Positions 46,853 through 55,726 of a stretch of DNA of 64,000 nucleotides are shown in pieces. The notes under the pieces were generated by a model that ran no database searches, was not told the origin of the DNA, and saw nothing but the letters and a program-made list of their open reading frames with translations. The translations under genes were made by a program, and so were the position numbers. Positions within the stretch are counted from its first letter, which is position 1; every line of letters starts with the position of its first letter. The DNA comes from a virus. The stretch lies in the IMG/VR virus record IMGVR_UViG_3300035670_000025. The stretch is one strand, 5' to 3'.

Positions 46853-47385
46853 ATATTTTTTATCTATCACCAAATGCAAAACTATCAGCACAAACGTTGG
46901 TCAATAGACATGTTGTTTCTCAAACAAAAGAAACAGCACAACTATTATCTACAGCACACAGAGTATTAGATGGTAATATGGTAGTTGTTCCAAATGAAAA
47001 TGGAAGGAAAATGAAACGGTGGGTATTACGAGATGATAGAGAAACCAAGTTATATCTTGCTTCTCACACAAATCATCCAAGTGCAATTTGGTGTAGAGAA
47101 ACATCTGCTAACTATCAGTGGTTGTATTGGCATTTTGTTGGATTGTTGGATGAATATACTCACAGATATGGCAAAGTTCACAAATGTGCATCTATGAAAG
47201 ATGTATTATCGGAGTTGCCAAAGAGCATTAAGTTTGGTGGATTTAGTGAACCAACTCCTGCTATGGATGAGCAGTATATTGTGAAAGGTAACAGTTTGAA
47301 GTCGTATATGAATTATTATAAATATGGTAAAGTGCATTTGCACGCATGGACCAACAGATCACCACCGGACTGGATTAAGGAATGA
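46849..47385 (+). CDS. pyrimidine dimer DNA glycosylase/endonuclease V-like protein
   Basis: MNIFYL..RHVV..ETAQLLSTAH, HTNHPSAIW, EYTHRYGKVH, PAM, RSPPDW. Confidence 0.75.
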   Translation: MNIFYLSPNAKLSAQTLVNRHVVSQTKETAQLLSTAHRVLDGNMVVVPNENGRKMKRWVLRDDRETKLYLASHTNHPSAIWCRETSANYQWLYWHFVGLLDEYTHRYGKVHKCASMKDVLSELPKSIKFGGFSEPTPAMDEQYIVKGNSLKSYMNYYKYGKVHLHAWTNRSPPDWIKE

Positions 47386-48416
47386 TGAGATTTAAAACCT
47401 TTATAAATGAGTCTTATGGAAGATACTTTCGCAGAGAAAAAGCAAGAAAAAAAGGAAGCAGAGTAAACAAAACTGTTTCCGATTATTTTGAAATGGCCAC
47501 GGTTGTGCACACTCACAATTCATTAAGTCATCCAAATCAACATCCAGAATATTTAGATCACATTGAAGATTTAAAAACAAAATTGGACACGATCAGAGCA
47601 AACAATCCTCATTTAAAAGACAGGTTGGATTCTCAAGATTCTTTAGCAAAAAAATCTTCAAAATTATTAATAGATAAATTGTCTGAAAAAAGGTCTAAGG
47701 AAAAAGATTTTACTTTACAAGATGTATCTGAAGTAAGGCATGTAAAAAATGCTAGACATTTATTTAGTTTAATAGGAAGAACCCCTGACAGTTCTTTTAG
47801 TGCTAGAAGATATCCACACGATTTAATGTTTAAACTAAGAACCGGTTCTTTTCATGGAGCATCGTTGAAAGGATCAGAAAAAGATTTTGGAACATACAAC
47901 AATCTTGGGGCTCGCAGGCATTCATCAGAGGACACGACTGGAATAGCATCTCATGCGTATGCTGATTATAATTCTGCAAGAACCAGAGAACTTGGTTCAA
48001 ACAAGACAAAAGAAAATAAAGAAAGCAAAAGATCTTCTTATTTAGAAACAAGAAAAGGCATTGTTGATAAAATAACAAAGAATTTCAATGGTGCAAATTC
48101 AATAGATCAACAAAGAAAATATCTTCATTCTTTATTAAAACCAGAATCGGATATACCATATTATACTGTTTTGCCACATAGAAATCAAGGACAGGGTGAA
48201 GCAATTCTTCATGGCAGAGGAACAATGAGAAAAAGGATCAATTCTGCTACAAGATTGTCTGCTACCCAACATGGAAACGGAGTTATACAATATCATACGC
48301 ATCATGAAGATGGACGAAAAATACCTCTATTTTATGTAGAACACCGGTCTACAAAAGGTCCATGGGGTTCATTACAATTTAATGTAAAACTGGGACAATT
48401 TAAGAAAGAAGAATAA
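47385..48416 (+). CDS. putative PD-(D/E)xK-like nuclease with capsid-targeting-like N-terminus
   Basis: MRFKTFINE; FE...PHDLM...GASLK. Confidence 0.45.
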   Translation: MRFKTFINESYGRYFRREKARKKGSRVNKTVSDYFEMATVVHTHNSLSHPNQHPEYLDHIEDLKTKLDTIRANNPHLKDRLDSQDSLAKKSSKLLIDKLSEKRSKEKDFTLQDVSEVRHVKNARHLFSLIGRTPDSSFSARRYPHDLMFKLRTGSFHGASLKGSEKDFGTYNNLGARRHSSEDTTGIASHAYADYNSARTRELGSNKTKENKESKRSSYLETRKGIVDKITKNFNGANSIDQQRKYLHSLLKPESDIPYYTVLPHRNQGQGEAILHGRGTMRKRINSATRLSATQHGNGVIQYHTHHEDGRKIPLFYVEHRSTKGPWGSLQFNVKLGQFKKEE

Positions 48417-49123
48417 TGTTACCATTTAAATCATTCATTCAATTAGACGAACAACTACTAAAATCCATAATGAAAAAACTGTATGGAGGAAAAAAATTTG
48501 TAAGTTGGTTTGATCTGGACGACACACTGGTCAAACATGACCCAGAAAAAGGAGCAAAGGTTCATGTAAATGATGAAAAAGGAAACAGAGTGGAAACTCT
48601 ATCCACCTCTGAATTTAATACTCATGTCAAGGGAGACAATCTAAAACCAGGACATAGTTATGACTTCAAAGAATTTAAAGATCCAAAGGTGTTTGCTAAC
48701 TCTGCACACCCAATCAGAAAAATGATTAACCACGCACAAAGATTATTAGATAACGGACATCATGTTCATATCATCACCGCAAGAAGTGATTTAGAAAATC
48801 CAGAAATTCTATTGGGATCTTTGAAACAAATGGGATTGGATACTTCACATCCTAATTTCCATTTACACAGAGCAGGAAATTACGGCAAAAACCCAACACA
48901 CATTAATAAAGCAAGAATGTTGCATCGCATATTGACAGAACCAAAGTTTGGTTTATCTGGAGTTAAAAAAATCGTTGGATACGATGACCATAAAGCAAAT
49001 GTTGATGATATTCACACAACCCCCCTTGAAGAGTTGGGCGGAAAATCTCTTAGAGATCATCACACAGATAAAGAATTTGTTGGTATACACTTCACCAAAG
49101 GAAAAGTTAAGAGAGTATCATAA
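48416..49123 (+). CDS. HAD-superfamily phosphatase with capsid-targeting-like N-terminus
   Basis: MLPFKSFIQLDE; FDLDDTL, IITAR, K, YDD..N. Confidence 0.75.
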   Translation: MLPFKSFIQLDEQLLKSIMKKLYGGKKFVSWFDLDDTLVKHDPEKGAKVHVNDEKGNRVETLSTSEFNTHVKGDNLKPGHSYDFKEFKDPKVFANSAHPIRKMINHAQRLLDNGHHVHIITARSDLENPEILLGSLKQMGLDTSHPNFHLHRAGNYGKNPTHINKARMLHRILTEPKFGLSGVKKIVGYDDHKANVDDIHTTPLEELGGKSLRDHHTDKEFVGIHFTKGKVKRVS

Positions 49124-50424
49124 TGGCACAATTTAGAAAAGATACCCACCAATACTTAAATGATGGAAAAACAGTATTTGAAGTAGTAATGCTTGCAGAC
49201 CAATATGGTAATCTTGTTGGTGCTGCTAATCCAACAGGAACAACAGTAGATGCTTTTGGTAGAGCAAGAGTATCTACACCATTAACACTATTTGATTCAT
49301 ATCATAGATATGATCCAAATGGTAAATTTGATACTGCAAATACTGCTGGTGGTACATATACATTTAATGCAAATACTGCTGCATTTTCTATGACTGTAGA
49401 TACTGCTAATAATGCACAAGTTGTTCGTGAGTCAAAAAGAGTTTTTGCATATCAACCTGGAAAAAGTTTACAAGTTCTTCAAACATTCGTTATGAATCCT
49501 GCACAAGACGGATTGAGACAGAGAACAGGTTATTTTGATGATAGAAATGGTATTTTTCTTGAATTAGAAAATTCAACATTATCTTTTGTTAAAAGAAGCA
49601 ATTCAACTAATACTCCTACTGATAATAAAGCATCACAGTCAGAATGGAATTATGATAAATTAGACGGCACAGGACCATCTGGGTTGACTTTAGATATTAC
49701 CAAAGGTCAAATCATGTTTATAGATATTGAATGGTTGGGTCTTGGATCAGTTAGATGTGGTTTTATCATAAATGGTCAATTAATTCATTGTCATTCATTT
49801 CATCATGCTAATATTTCTGATGGACCATATATGACAACAGCATGTTTGCCCGTTAGATTTGAAATAAAAAATATTGCAAATACAACAACTTCATCAACAT
49901 TGAAACAAGTTTGTTCTTCAGTTATTTCTGAAGGTGGTTATGAATTGAAGGGCAGACCTAGATCAATAGGCACCCCAGCAAATAGCAATTTTAATATGGC
50001 AACAGCAGGAATATGGTATCCTATCGTATCTATTAGATTAAAATCATCCCAAATTGATTCAATTGTTATTCCAACAAATATATCTTTCTTAGGAGAAGGA
50101 AATACCGGAAGAATAAAATTTGGATTAATTTCAGGTGGCACTTTAGGTGGTAATACTGATTTTACATCTGCTGCTAATGATTCTCCTGTAGAATATAATA
50201 TGGTAGCAAATACAATAACTGGTGGTGATGTTATTCAACAAGGATTTGTGGGAGTAACAAATCAATCATCATCTATTATTCAACTTGGTAAAGATGATTT
50301 ATTTAAATTTCAATTACGAAGAAATGGTTTGACAAATACCCCTGAGATATTGACTCTTGCTGGCATGGCAGGAACTGCTGGAGATGATGCATCAGGTGCT
50401 ATAGATTGGGAAGAAATAACTTAA
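49123..50424 (+). CDS. putative virion structural protein
   Basis: DAFGRARVS.P.TLFD, YQPGKS, WLGLGSVRCGF; beta-rich, ends in WEEIT. Confidence 0.6.
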   Translation: MAQFRKDTHQYLNDGKTVFEVVMLADQYGNLVGAANPTGTTVDAFGRARVSTPLTLFDSYHRYDPNGKFDTANTAGGTYTFNANTAAFSMTVDTANNAQVVRESKRVFAYQPGKSLQVLQTFVMNPAQDGLRQRTGYFDDRNGIFLELENSTLSFVKRSNSTNTPTDNKASQSEWNYDKLDGTGPSGLTLDITKGQIMFIDIEWLGLGSVRCGFIINGQLIHCHSFHHANISDGPYMTTACLPVRFEIKNIANTTTSSTLKQVCSSVISEGGYELKGRPRSIGTPANSNFNMATAGIWYPIVSIRLKSSQIDSIVIPTNISFLGEGNTGRIKFGLISGGTLGGNTDFTSAANDSPVEYNMVANTITGGDVIQQGFVGVTNQSSSIIQLGKDDLFKFQLRRNGLTNTPEILTLAGMAGTAGDDASGAIDWEEIT

Positions 50425-50432
50425 TATAAATA
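50425..50432 (+). promoter_or_regulatory. T4 late promoter
   Basis: TATAAATA. Confidence 0.75.
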
Positions 50433-50451
50433 ATAAATAAAAGGCATTTTC

Positions 50452-51618
50452 ATGAAAGATTTAGTTGTAGAAAAGGTTATGTCTATTGCTCAACGCAGAA
50501 AAAGAGCACAGCAATTAAGACGCATTGAACCTAAATTAGTAAGACAAAGAGCAATCAAAAGAAAACGTCTTGCTGATGAAAATGTAATATATGCCAGAGC
50601 ACAAAAATTGGCAAGAAAAATGTTTCGCATTAAGTTTGCTGGACAACAAGGTGCTCACTATCAATCACTTTCTCCCACACAAAAAATTCAAATTGATAAA
50701 CTAATCGATGAAAAAGGCAAAGCAATTAAAAGACTTGCTATGCGATTGGTTCCTGTAGTTCGTATGGCAGAATATAAAAGATTTCAAGCATTAAAAGGCA
50801 AACATGGAGAACCAACAGTTCCACATTTACAAAATGAAGAAAAGGTACACAATAACAATGGTGACCACGTTGGTGATATTATGAAAATATCAGGGACCCA
50901 TGCTAAAATACCAACGAGAACCGTAACCAAGTATCGGGCAGAACGCAAAGCAGACGGCGAAACATTAATCACGACAAACAAGAAAACTGCGATCGATTTT
51001 TTAATTAATGAGCAAACAGAACAATTGGATGAAATATCCAGATTAGAGCTATTAAGAAGAAAAGCACAATCTGAAAGAAATATTCATAAAAGAAAAAGAG
51101 GACAATATTCCAGACAACAAAGATTTGCTTCGCCAGAAGCAGAAGCAAGAACTGCTTGGAGAAATGTTCGCAAATCAAAAAAACATCTTAAAGGATTTGA
51201 TGCAGCGGATGCAGATAATTGGACAATTGCCCAAATGATTCGTGGTGTTTCCGGAAAATCTGCTAAGAAATCTGTTAGAAGAGGAAGAACAGCAACCGGA
51301 CCAGAATCAATAACTGGAGCTGATACTCAAGTTGGATATAGAAATAAACTTATGACAGATGAAGTTGAAATCCTTACATTTGCAGAAGTAATCCTTGAAG
51401 ATGATATGTCCAAATTCAATAAACTAATGGCAGTTGGTCTTGTAGATAAAAATAAGTATCTACAATATAAAAAAGCAATGTCTGACATTAGAAAGAATTC
51501 TAAAATTGCTGCCTATAGAGAAATGATTATGGATGTATTAGATGAACTTATGGATGTTGTAACAAAAGATTCTTCCATTTATCAAAGAGTCAAAATGGCA
51601 GTTGAGAAAAATGACTGA
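50452..51618 (+). CDS. basic modular late protein (putative head polyprotein)
   Basis: K/R-rich modules separated by VVE, LINE, LDE and ILE sites; late promoter. Confidence 0.55.
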   Translation: MKDLVVEKVMSIAQRRKRAQQLRRIEPKLVRQRAIKRKRLADENVIYARAQKLARKMFRIKFAGQQGAHYQSLSPTQKIQIDKLIDEKGKAIKRLAMRLVPVVRMAEYKRFQALKGKHGEPTVPHLQNEEKVHNNNGDHVGDIMKISGTHAKIPTRTVTKYRAERKADGETLITTNKKTAIDFLINEQTEQLDEISRLELLRRKAQSERNIHKRKRGQYSRQQRFASPEAEARTAWRNVRKSKKHLKGFDAADADNWTIAQMIRGVSGKSAKKSVRRGRTATGPESITGADTQVGYRNKLMTDEVEILTFAEVILEDDMSKFNKLMAVGLVDKNKYLQYKKAMSDIRKNSKIAAYREMIMDVLDELMDVVTKDSSIYQRVKMAVEKND

Positions 51619-54022
51619 CATAAACGAAGACTTAAGAAAATGGTTTAAGGAAAAATGGGTTCGTTTTGACACCAAAGGGAAGATTAAAGGTGATTGTGCC
51701 AAAGAACCAGGAGAAGGCAAACCAAAATGTTTGCCTAGGGCAGAAGCACATGCTTTAGGTGAAAAAAGAAGAGCATCAGCAGCAAGAAGAAAAAGAAGAG
51801 AAGATCCAAATGCTGAAAGAAAAGGAAAGGCAAAATTCGTGAAAACTCATAACGAAGAAGTTCTTTTGGAAAAGAATGTACCCACAAATCCTAAACTATG
51901 GGCACAAGCAAAAGCACAAGCAAAGAAAAAGTTTAAGATATATCCTTGTGTGCCAATGGACAGTCAAGCAATTACTAGAGAAGGATTGAAATCTTTTGAT
52001 GAACTTTCTATAGGAGAAGAAATACTTACATACAATATTAATAAAGATGTGTTGGAATGGGGTCCAATAACAAATCTACATTTTTATGAAAATGCTCCTT
52101 TGAAAAAAATATATAAATCAACCGGATTTTGTATTAAAGCAACAGAAAATCATAAATGGGTTGTCAAGACCGGAACTGCTTATGATCAAGTATCTTTGGT
52201 AGAAACTAAAGATATACATAAAAGAATGAGAATTGTCACAGGAGCAGTTTTAGAGAACGAAGAAAATAAATTTTTAGAGGAAAATTGGTCTAAAAAGGAT
52301 AATTGGGTATCTAAAGTTTTATCTTGGTCTAAAGAAACGAGAGAAGTTTTCTTGGCATCTTCTATTATATATGATGGGCATGATGTTGGGGGATCATCAA
52401 AAATCAAAGATAGACATACTTTTGGATTTACTCAAAAAAACGATGATCATTTTTGGTCTGCGTTGTTTGCTGCGTATCTTAACGGTTATCATATCAGTTT
52501 TTATGAAAAAACAGAAAGTATATCTGGAGCATCTATAATTAGAAATAAAAAATACCATAACACACAAAACCTAATTATAGAAGATGCGGGGTCTGAAGAT
52601 GTTTGGTGCCCAACAACAGAAAATCAAACTTGGGTAATGGTACAAAATGGATTTATAACCATTACAGGAAATTCTGCCTATGCGAATGGTTGGGCAGCAA
52701 AATGGTATAAATCTAAAGGTGGTGGATGGAAATCCTTGAATGAAGATTATGAACATGAAATGGCCAGAAACGAATTGCGAACAGCAATGAGAGGCATTGA
52801 AAGACTGATGAAGCATCTTGATGGTGAGGGAGAATTAGAAGCATGGGTACAGTCTAAACTGACTAAAGCAGCAGACTATATTGATACTCTTGCTGACTAT
52901 ATGGATTCAAGGGACGAAACAGTTAAAGAAGCATATGAACTAATAGAAGAAGCAAAAAAGAAAATGGATAAAAAAACAATTCCACAAACAGTTCAAATGA
53001 TGACACCTGGATCAAATCCTTATGCTGATGATAGCACATCTCCTTCTTATGTTTCTACACCAGGACAAGCAATAACAGAAGCAAGAAGATCATTAAAGGG
53101 TGAATATAAAAGATTGAGTTCTGTAAAAGGACCAAAGGCAGCACGTGAAAGAGAACTTTTAAGAACTTTAGCAGCAGCAAGAAAAAGAAAAGCATCTGAA
53201 AAAAAAGCAGAAAAACAACCAGATCCACCTATGAAACCAAAAGAAGATACTCCAAGAGAAAGAATTGCATCTGCTTTTAATAGACCAGGATACACTTCAA
53301 AACCAGAAGAAACTAAAAAAGAAACTGGACCAACTTCTCCTTTTTGGGCATATGTAAAAGATATTAAAAAATCAGGCGAACAATACAACCCAAAAAAAGG
53401 AAAACAACTGATTAAAGCAGAATATAAAGAAGCAAAATCAAACATTCAACCAAACGATCAATTTGGTTGGTTGAAAAGACACAGTGCCGAAGAATCATAT
53501 TTAAAACAAATGCAACACCACAGAGATTTAAAAAATTCTATAGTTCACAGATTATTGAAAGGAATTGGGTTGAGAGAAGAAGGGGGAGCAGGAGATATGG
53601 GAACCACAGAACTCACTAAGAACTATATTGAACATACTCCAGGACAATTACCAATTGATGACAAGAAAAAGAAAATTACTGATACTATCAAACAAACAAT
53701 AAAAGAAGAAGTATTGTGTGAGGCAGTTCCAAGAATAGGTGCTGGACAAACTACAAGAAGAACAGTTAGATTTCAAGAAAAGAAAAGATCTGCACCTCCT
53801 GGAAGAAAAGTTACTATAAAAAGACCAACAGCAAAACACAATGTTGCAACACGTGGACCAGGACCAATAAGAAAACCAAGACCAGGATCAACTGTTGCTG
53901 GTGGTATTCGTAATACAGCAAAATTTGTGAAAGCAGCAACAAAGAGCAGAAGAATGTCTCAAGTATCCATGAGAAATCGTCAAAATGCAAGACGAACATT
54001 AACAATGTCAGCAAGAGGATAA
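51611..54022 (+). CDS. modular late protein (putative head polyprotein) containing an intein
   Basis: LRKWFKEKWV..KPKCLP; KF.IYP/SAYANGW split by an intein; many I/L-x-E junctions. Confidence 0.65.
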   Translation: MTDINEDLRKWFKEKWVRFDTKGKIKGDCAKEPGEGKPKCLPRAEAHALGEKRRASAARRKRREDPNAERKGKAKFVKTHNEEVLLEKNVPTNPKLWAQAKAQAKKKFKIYPCVPMDSQAITREGLKSFDELSIGEEILTYNINKDVLEWGPITNLHFYENAPLKKIYKSTGFCIKATENHKWVVKTGTAYDQVSLVETKDIHKRMRIVTGAVLENEENKFLEENWSKKDNWVSKVLSWSKETREVFLASSIIYDGHDVGGSSKIKDRHTFGFTQKNDDHFWSALFAAYLNGYHISFYEKTESISGASIIRNKKYHNTQNLIIEDAGSEDVWCPTTENQTWVMVQNGFITITGNSAYANGWAAKWYKSKGGGWKSLNEDYEHEMARNELRTAMRGIERLMKHLDGEGELEAWVQSKLTKAADYIDTLADYMDSRDETVKEAYELIEEAKKKMDKKTIPQTVQMMTPGSNPYADDSTSPSYVSTPGQAITEARRSLKGEYKRLSSVKGPKAARERELLRTLAAARKRKASEKKAEKQPDPPMKPKEDTPRERIASAFNRPGYTSKPEETKKETGPTSPFWAYVKDIKKSGEQYNPKKGKQLIKAEYKEAKSNIQPNDQFGWLKRHSAEESYLKQMQHHRDLKNSIVHRLLKGIGLREEGGAGDMGTTELTKNYIEHTPGQLPIDDKKKKITDTIKQTIKEEVLCEAVPRIGAGQTTRRTVRFQEKKRSAPPGRKVTIKRPTAKHNVATRGPGPIRKPRPGSTVAGGIRNTAKFVKAATKSRRMSQVSMRNRQNARRTLTMSARG
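51947..52672 (+). mobile_element. intein (242 aa) with a degenerate LAGLIDADG-like region
   Basis: Starts CVPMDS..ITREG, block B ATENHKW, FLASSIIYDG, VWCPTT, ends ITGN followed by Ser+1. Confidence 0.85.
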
Positions 54023-54023
54023 T

Positions 54024-54461
54024 ATGGAAGAATTAATCAATAAAATGAAAGTTGTGCTTGCTTCTTCATTTGCTTTTTATCTTAAAGCACAAAATTATCA
54101 TTGGAATGTTGAAGGAGTAAATTTTCCTCAATACCACGAATTCTTTGGTAATTTGTATGAAGAAGTTCACGGTTCGATTGATGTAATTGCGGAACAAATT
54201 CGTGCATTAGATTCATATGCTCCAGGTTCATTGAAAAGATTCTCTGAATTGTCAACAATCATGGACGAAACATCAGTTCCATCTGCTGTTATCATGTGTC
54301 AAAGATTGGCAAAAGATAACGAATCTTTATTGATAGATTTAGAACTTGCTTATACAGAAGCAGAAAGAACAAAGCAACTCGGATTAGCAAACTTTCTACA
54401 AGATAGAATAGATGCACATAAAAAACATGCTTGGATGTTAAAAGCAGTACAAAAGGGATAA
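54024..54461 (+). CDS. dps: Dps family ferritin-like DNA protection protein
   Basis: HWNVEG..F..YHEFF..LYE..D.IAEQIRAL..H.K.AWML. Confidence 0.93.
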   Translation: MEELINKMKVVLASSFAFYLKAQNYHWNVEGVNFPQYHEFFGNLYEEVHGSIDVIAEQIRALDSYAPGSLKRFSELSTIMDETSVPSAVIMCQRLAKDNESLLIDLELAYTEAERTKQLGLANFLQDRIDAHKKHAWMLKAVQKG

Positions 54462-54462
54462 A

Positions 54463-55272
54463 ATGTCAAAGTATCGTTCATTAGAAAACACAATTCGTTT
54501 TGGTTCTATTAATGAGTTATCATCAACTCATGATCCAAGACACGGCAAAAAAGAAAAAGATATGAACGATCAAGTATATGCTGGTTCATATAGAAGTCAA
54601 CATTTTGAAGTATCACCAGATGCACAAAGAATATATTCAGATATATCAAAAGACATTTCAGGAGATAAAGTAGAACGTTCTGTAAAAACACAGGATGAAC
54701 TATTTGGTATAATGAAAAAAGTAATTGCTTCTGGTTATTCAACAAAACAAGATATTGATACAGCAGAACAATTAGCAAATAAAATTTTTGATGTGACTGG
54801 AAGATTTGAAGTAAAAATTGACCATTCACACGTGGATAAGATTGTCAATGAAATAAAATCTAAATATAAAGATATGCCACAAGTTGTAGATTCTATTACT
54901 CCAGAAGAATTAAGAAAAAGATTTTTGAATCCTGAAAAAGAATATATTACACAAGAACCAAATTCTGATTCTGATATGGATAATAAGAAGAAATTTCATA
55001 TAACCAGAGCAAAAGCAGTTGCTAAGAAAAGATATTTAAATTTAGGAGTAGACGAACAGATGTCAATCAAAGATCTTCCTTCAGGATTAGTTGAAAGTGT
55101 TAAAAGTTTTCTTGAAGAAAAAAAACATGAAAGAGAAAAAGAAACAACCATTAAAATAGGTAAAACTGAGTTTAAAGTTGAAGTGGAAGAACCAGAAAGT
55201 CACAAGAAGAAATCAAAAGAAAAACACCCTCACATTGAGACAAGTAAGAAAAAAAAACAAGAAAAAGAATAA
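54463..55272 (+). CDS. hypothetical late protein
   Basis: ORF in the operon; SINE, VDE and LEE sites; basic tail. Confidence 0.55.
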   Translation: MSKYRSLENTIRFGSINELSSTHDPRHGKKEKDMNDQVYAGSYRSQHFEVSPDAQRIYSDISKDISGDKVERSVKTQDELFGIMKKVIASGYSTKQDIDTAEQLANKIFDVTGRFEVKIDHSHVDKIVNEIKSKYKDMPQVVDSITPEELRKRFLNPEKEYITQEPNSDSDMDNKKKFHITRAKAVAKKRYLNLGVDEQMSIKDLPSGLVESVKSFLEEKKHEREKETTIKIGKTEFKVEVEEPESHKKKSKEKHPHIETSKKKKQEKE

Positions 55273-55490
55273 TGCCAATAATTTTGAAAAACAAAAATGA
55301 GTCTACTATAAATATACAAGATAACAAAGTAGATATAATTGATGATAGAAACAAATCATCAGTAACTGCTATTTCAAAAAATGGAGATAGAGTAACTGAC
55401 GATAAATTAAAGTTGTTTATTAATGGTGAAAGAGTAGTTCTTAATGATATATTAAGAAAAAAATTAATAGAACTTTTAATGGAAGTATAA
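55272..55490 (+). CDS. hypothetical protein
   Basis: Coupled ORF. Confidence 0.5.
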   Translation: MPIILKNKNESTINIQDNKVDIIDDRNKSSVTAISKNGDRVTDDKLKLFINGERVVLNDILRKKLIELLMEV

Positions 55491-55720
55491 TGGAAAACTT
55501 AGAAGAAATTTCAAATTTAGATAAAAACAAACTTGCTTCTTTTCTTGGAATGCTTGCAACTCTGCAATCAGGAGACATTTCTTCTAAATTACATAAAATG
55601 GCAAAAGAGTCAAAATATCAATCAATAATATCAAATAAATCTAGTGGAAAATATGGCAAAGTGCCAGATAAATGGGGTACTCTTTTTAAGACAGCAATTA
55701 AAAATAAAAAAGGGAAGTAA
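55490..55720 (+). CDS. hypothetical protein
   Basis: Coupled ORF; MENLEEIS start. Confidence 0.5.
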   Translation: MENLEEISNLDKNKLASFLGMLATLQSGDISSKLHKMAKESKYQSIISNKSSGKYGKVPDKWGTLFKTAIKNKKGK

Positions 55721-55726
55721 AGAACA

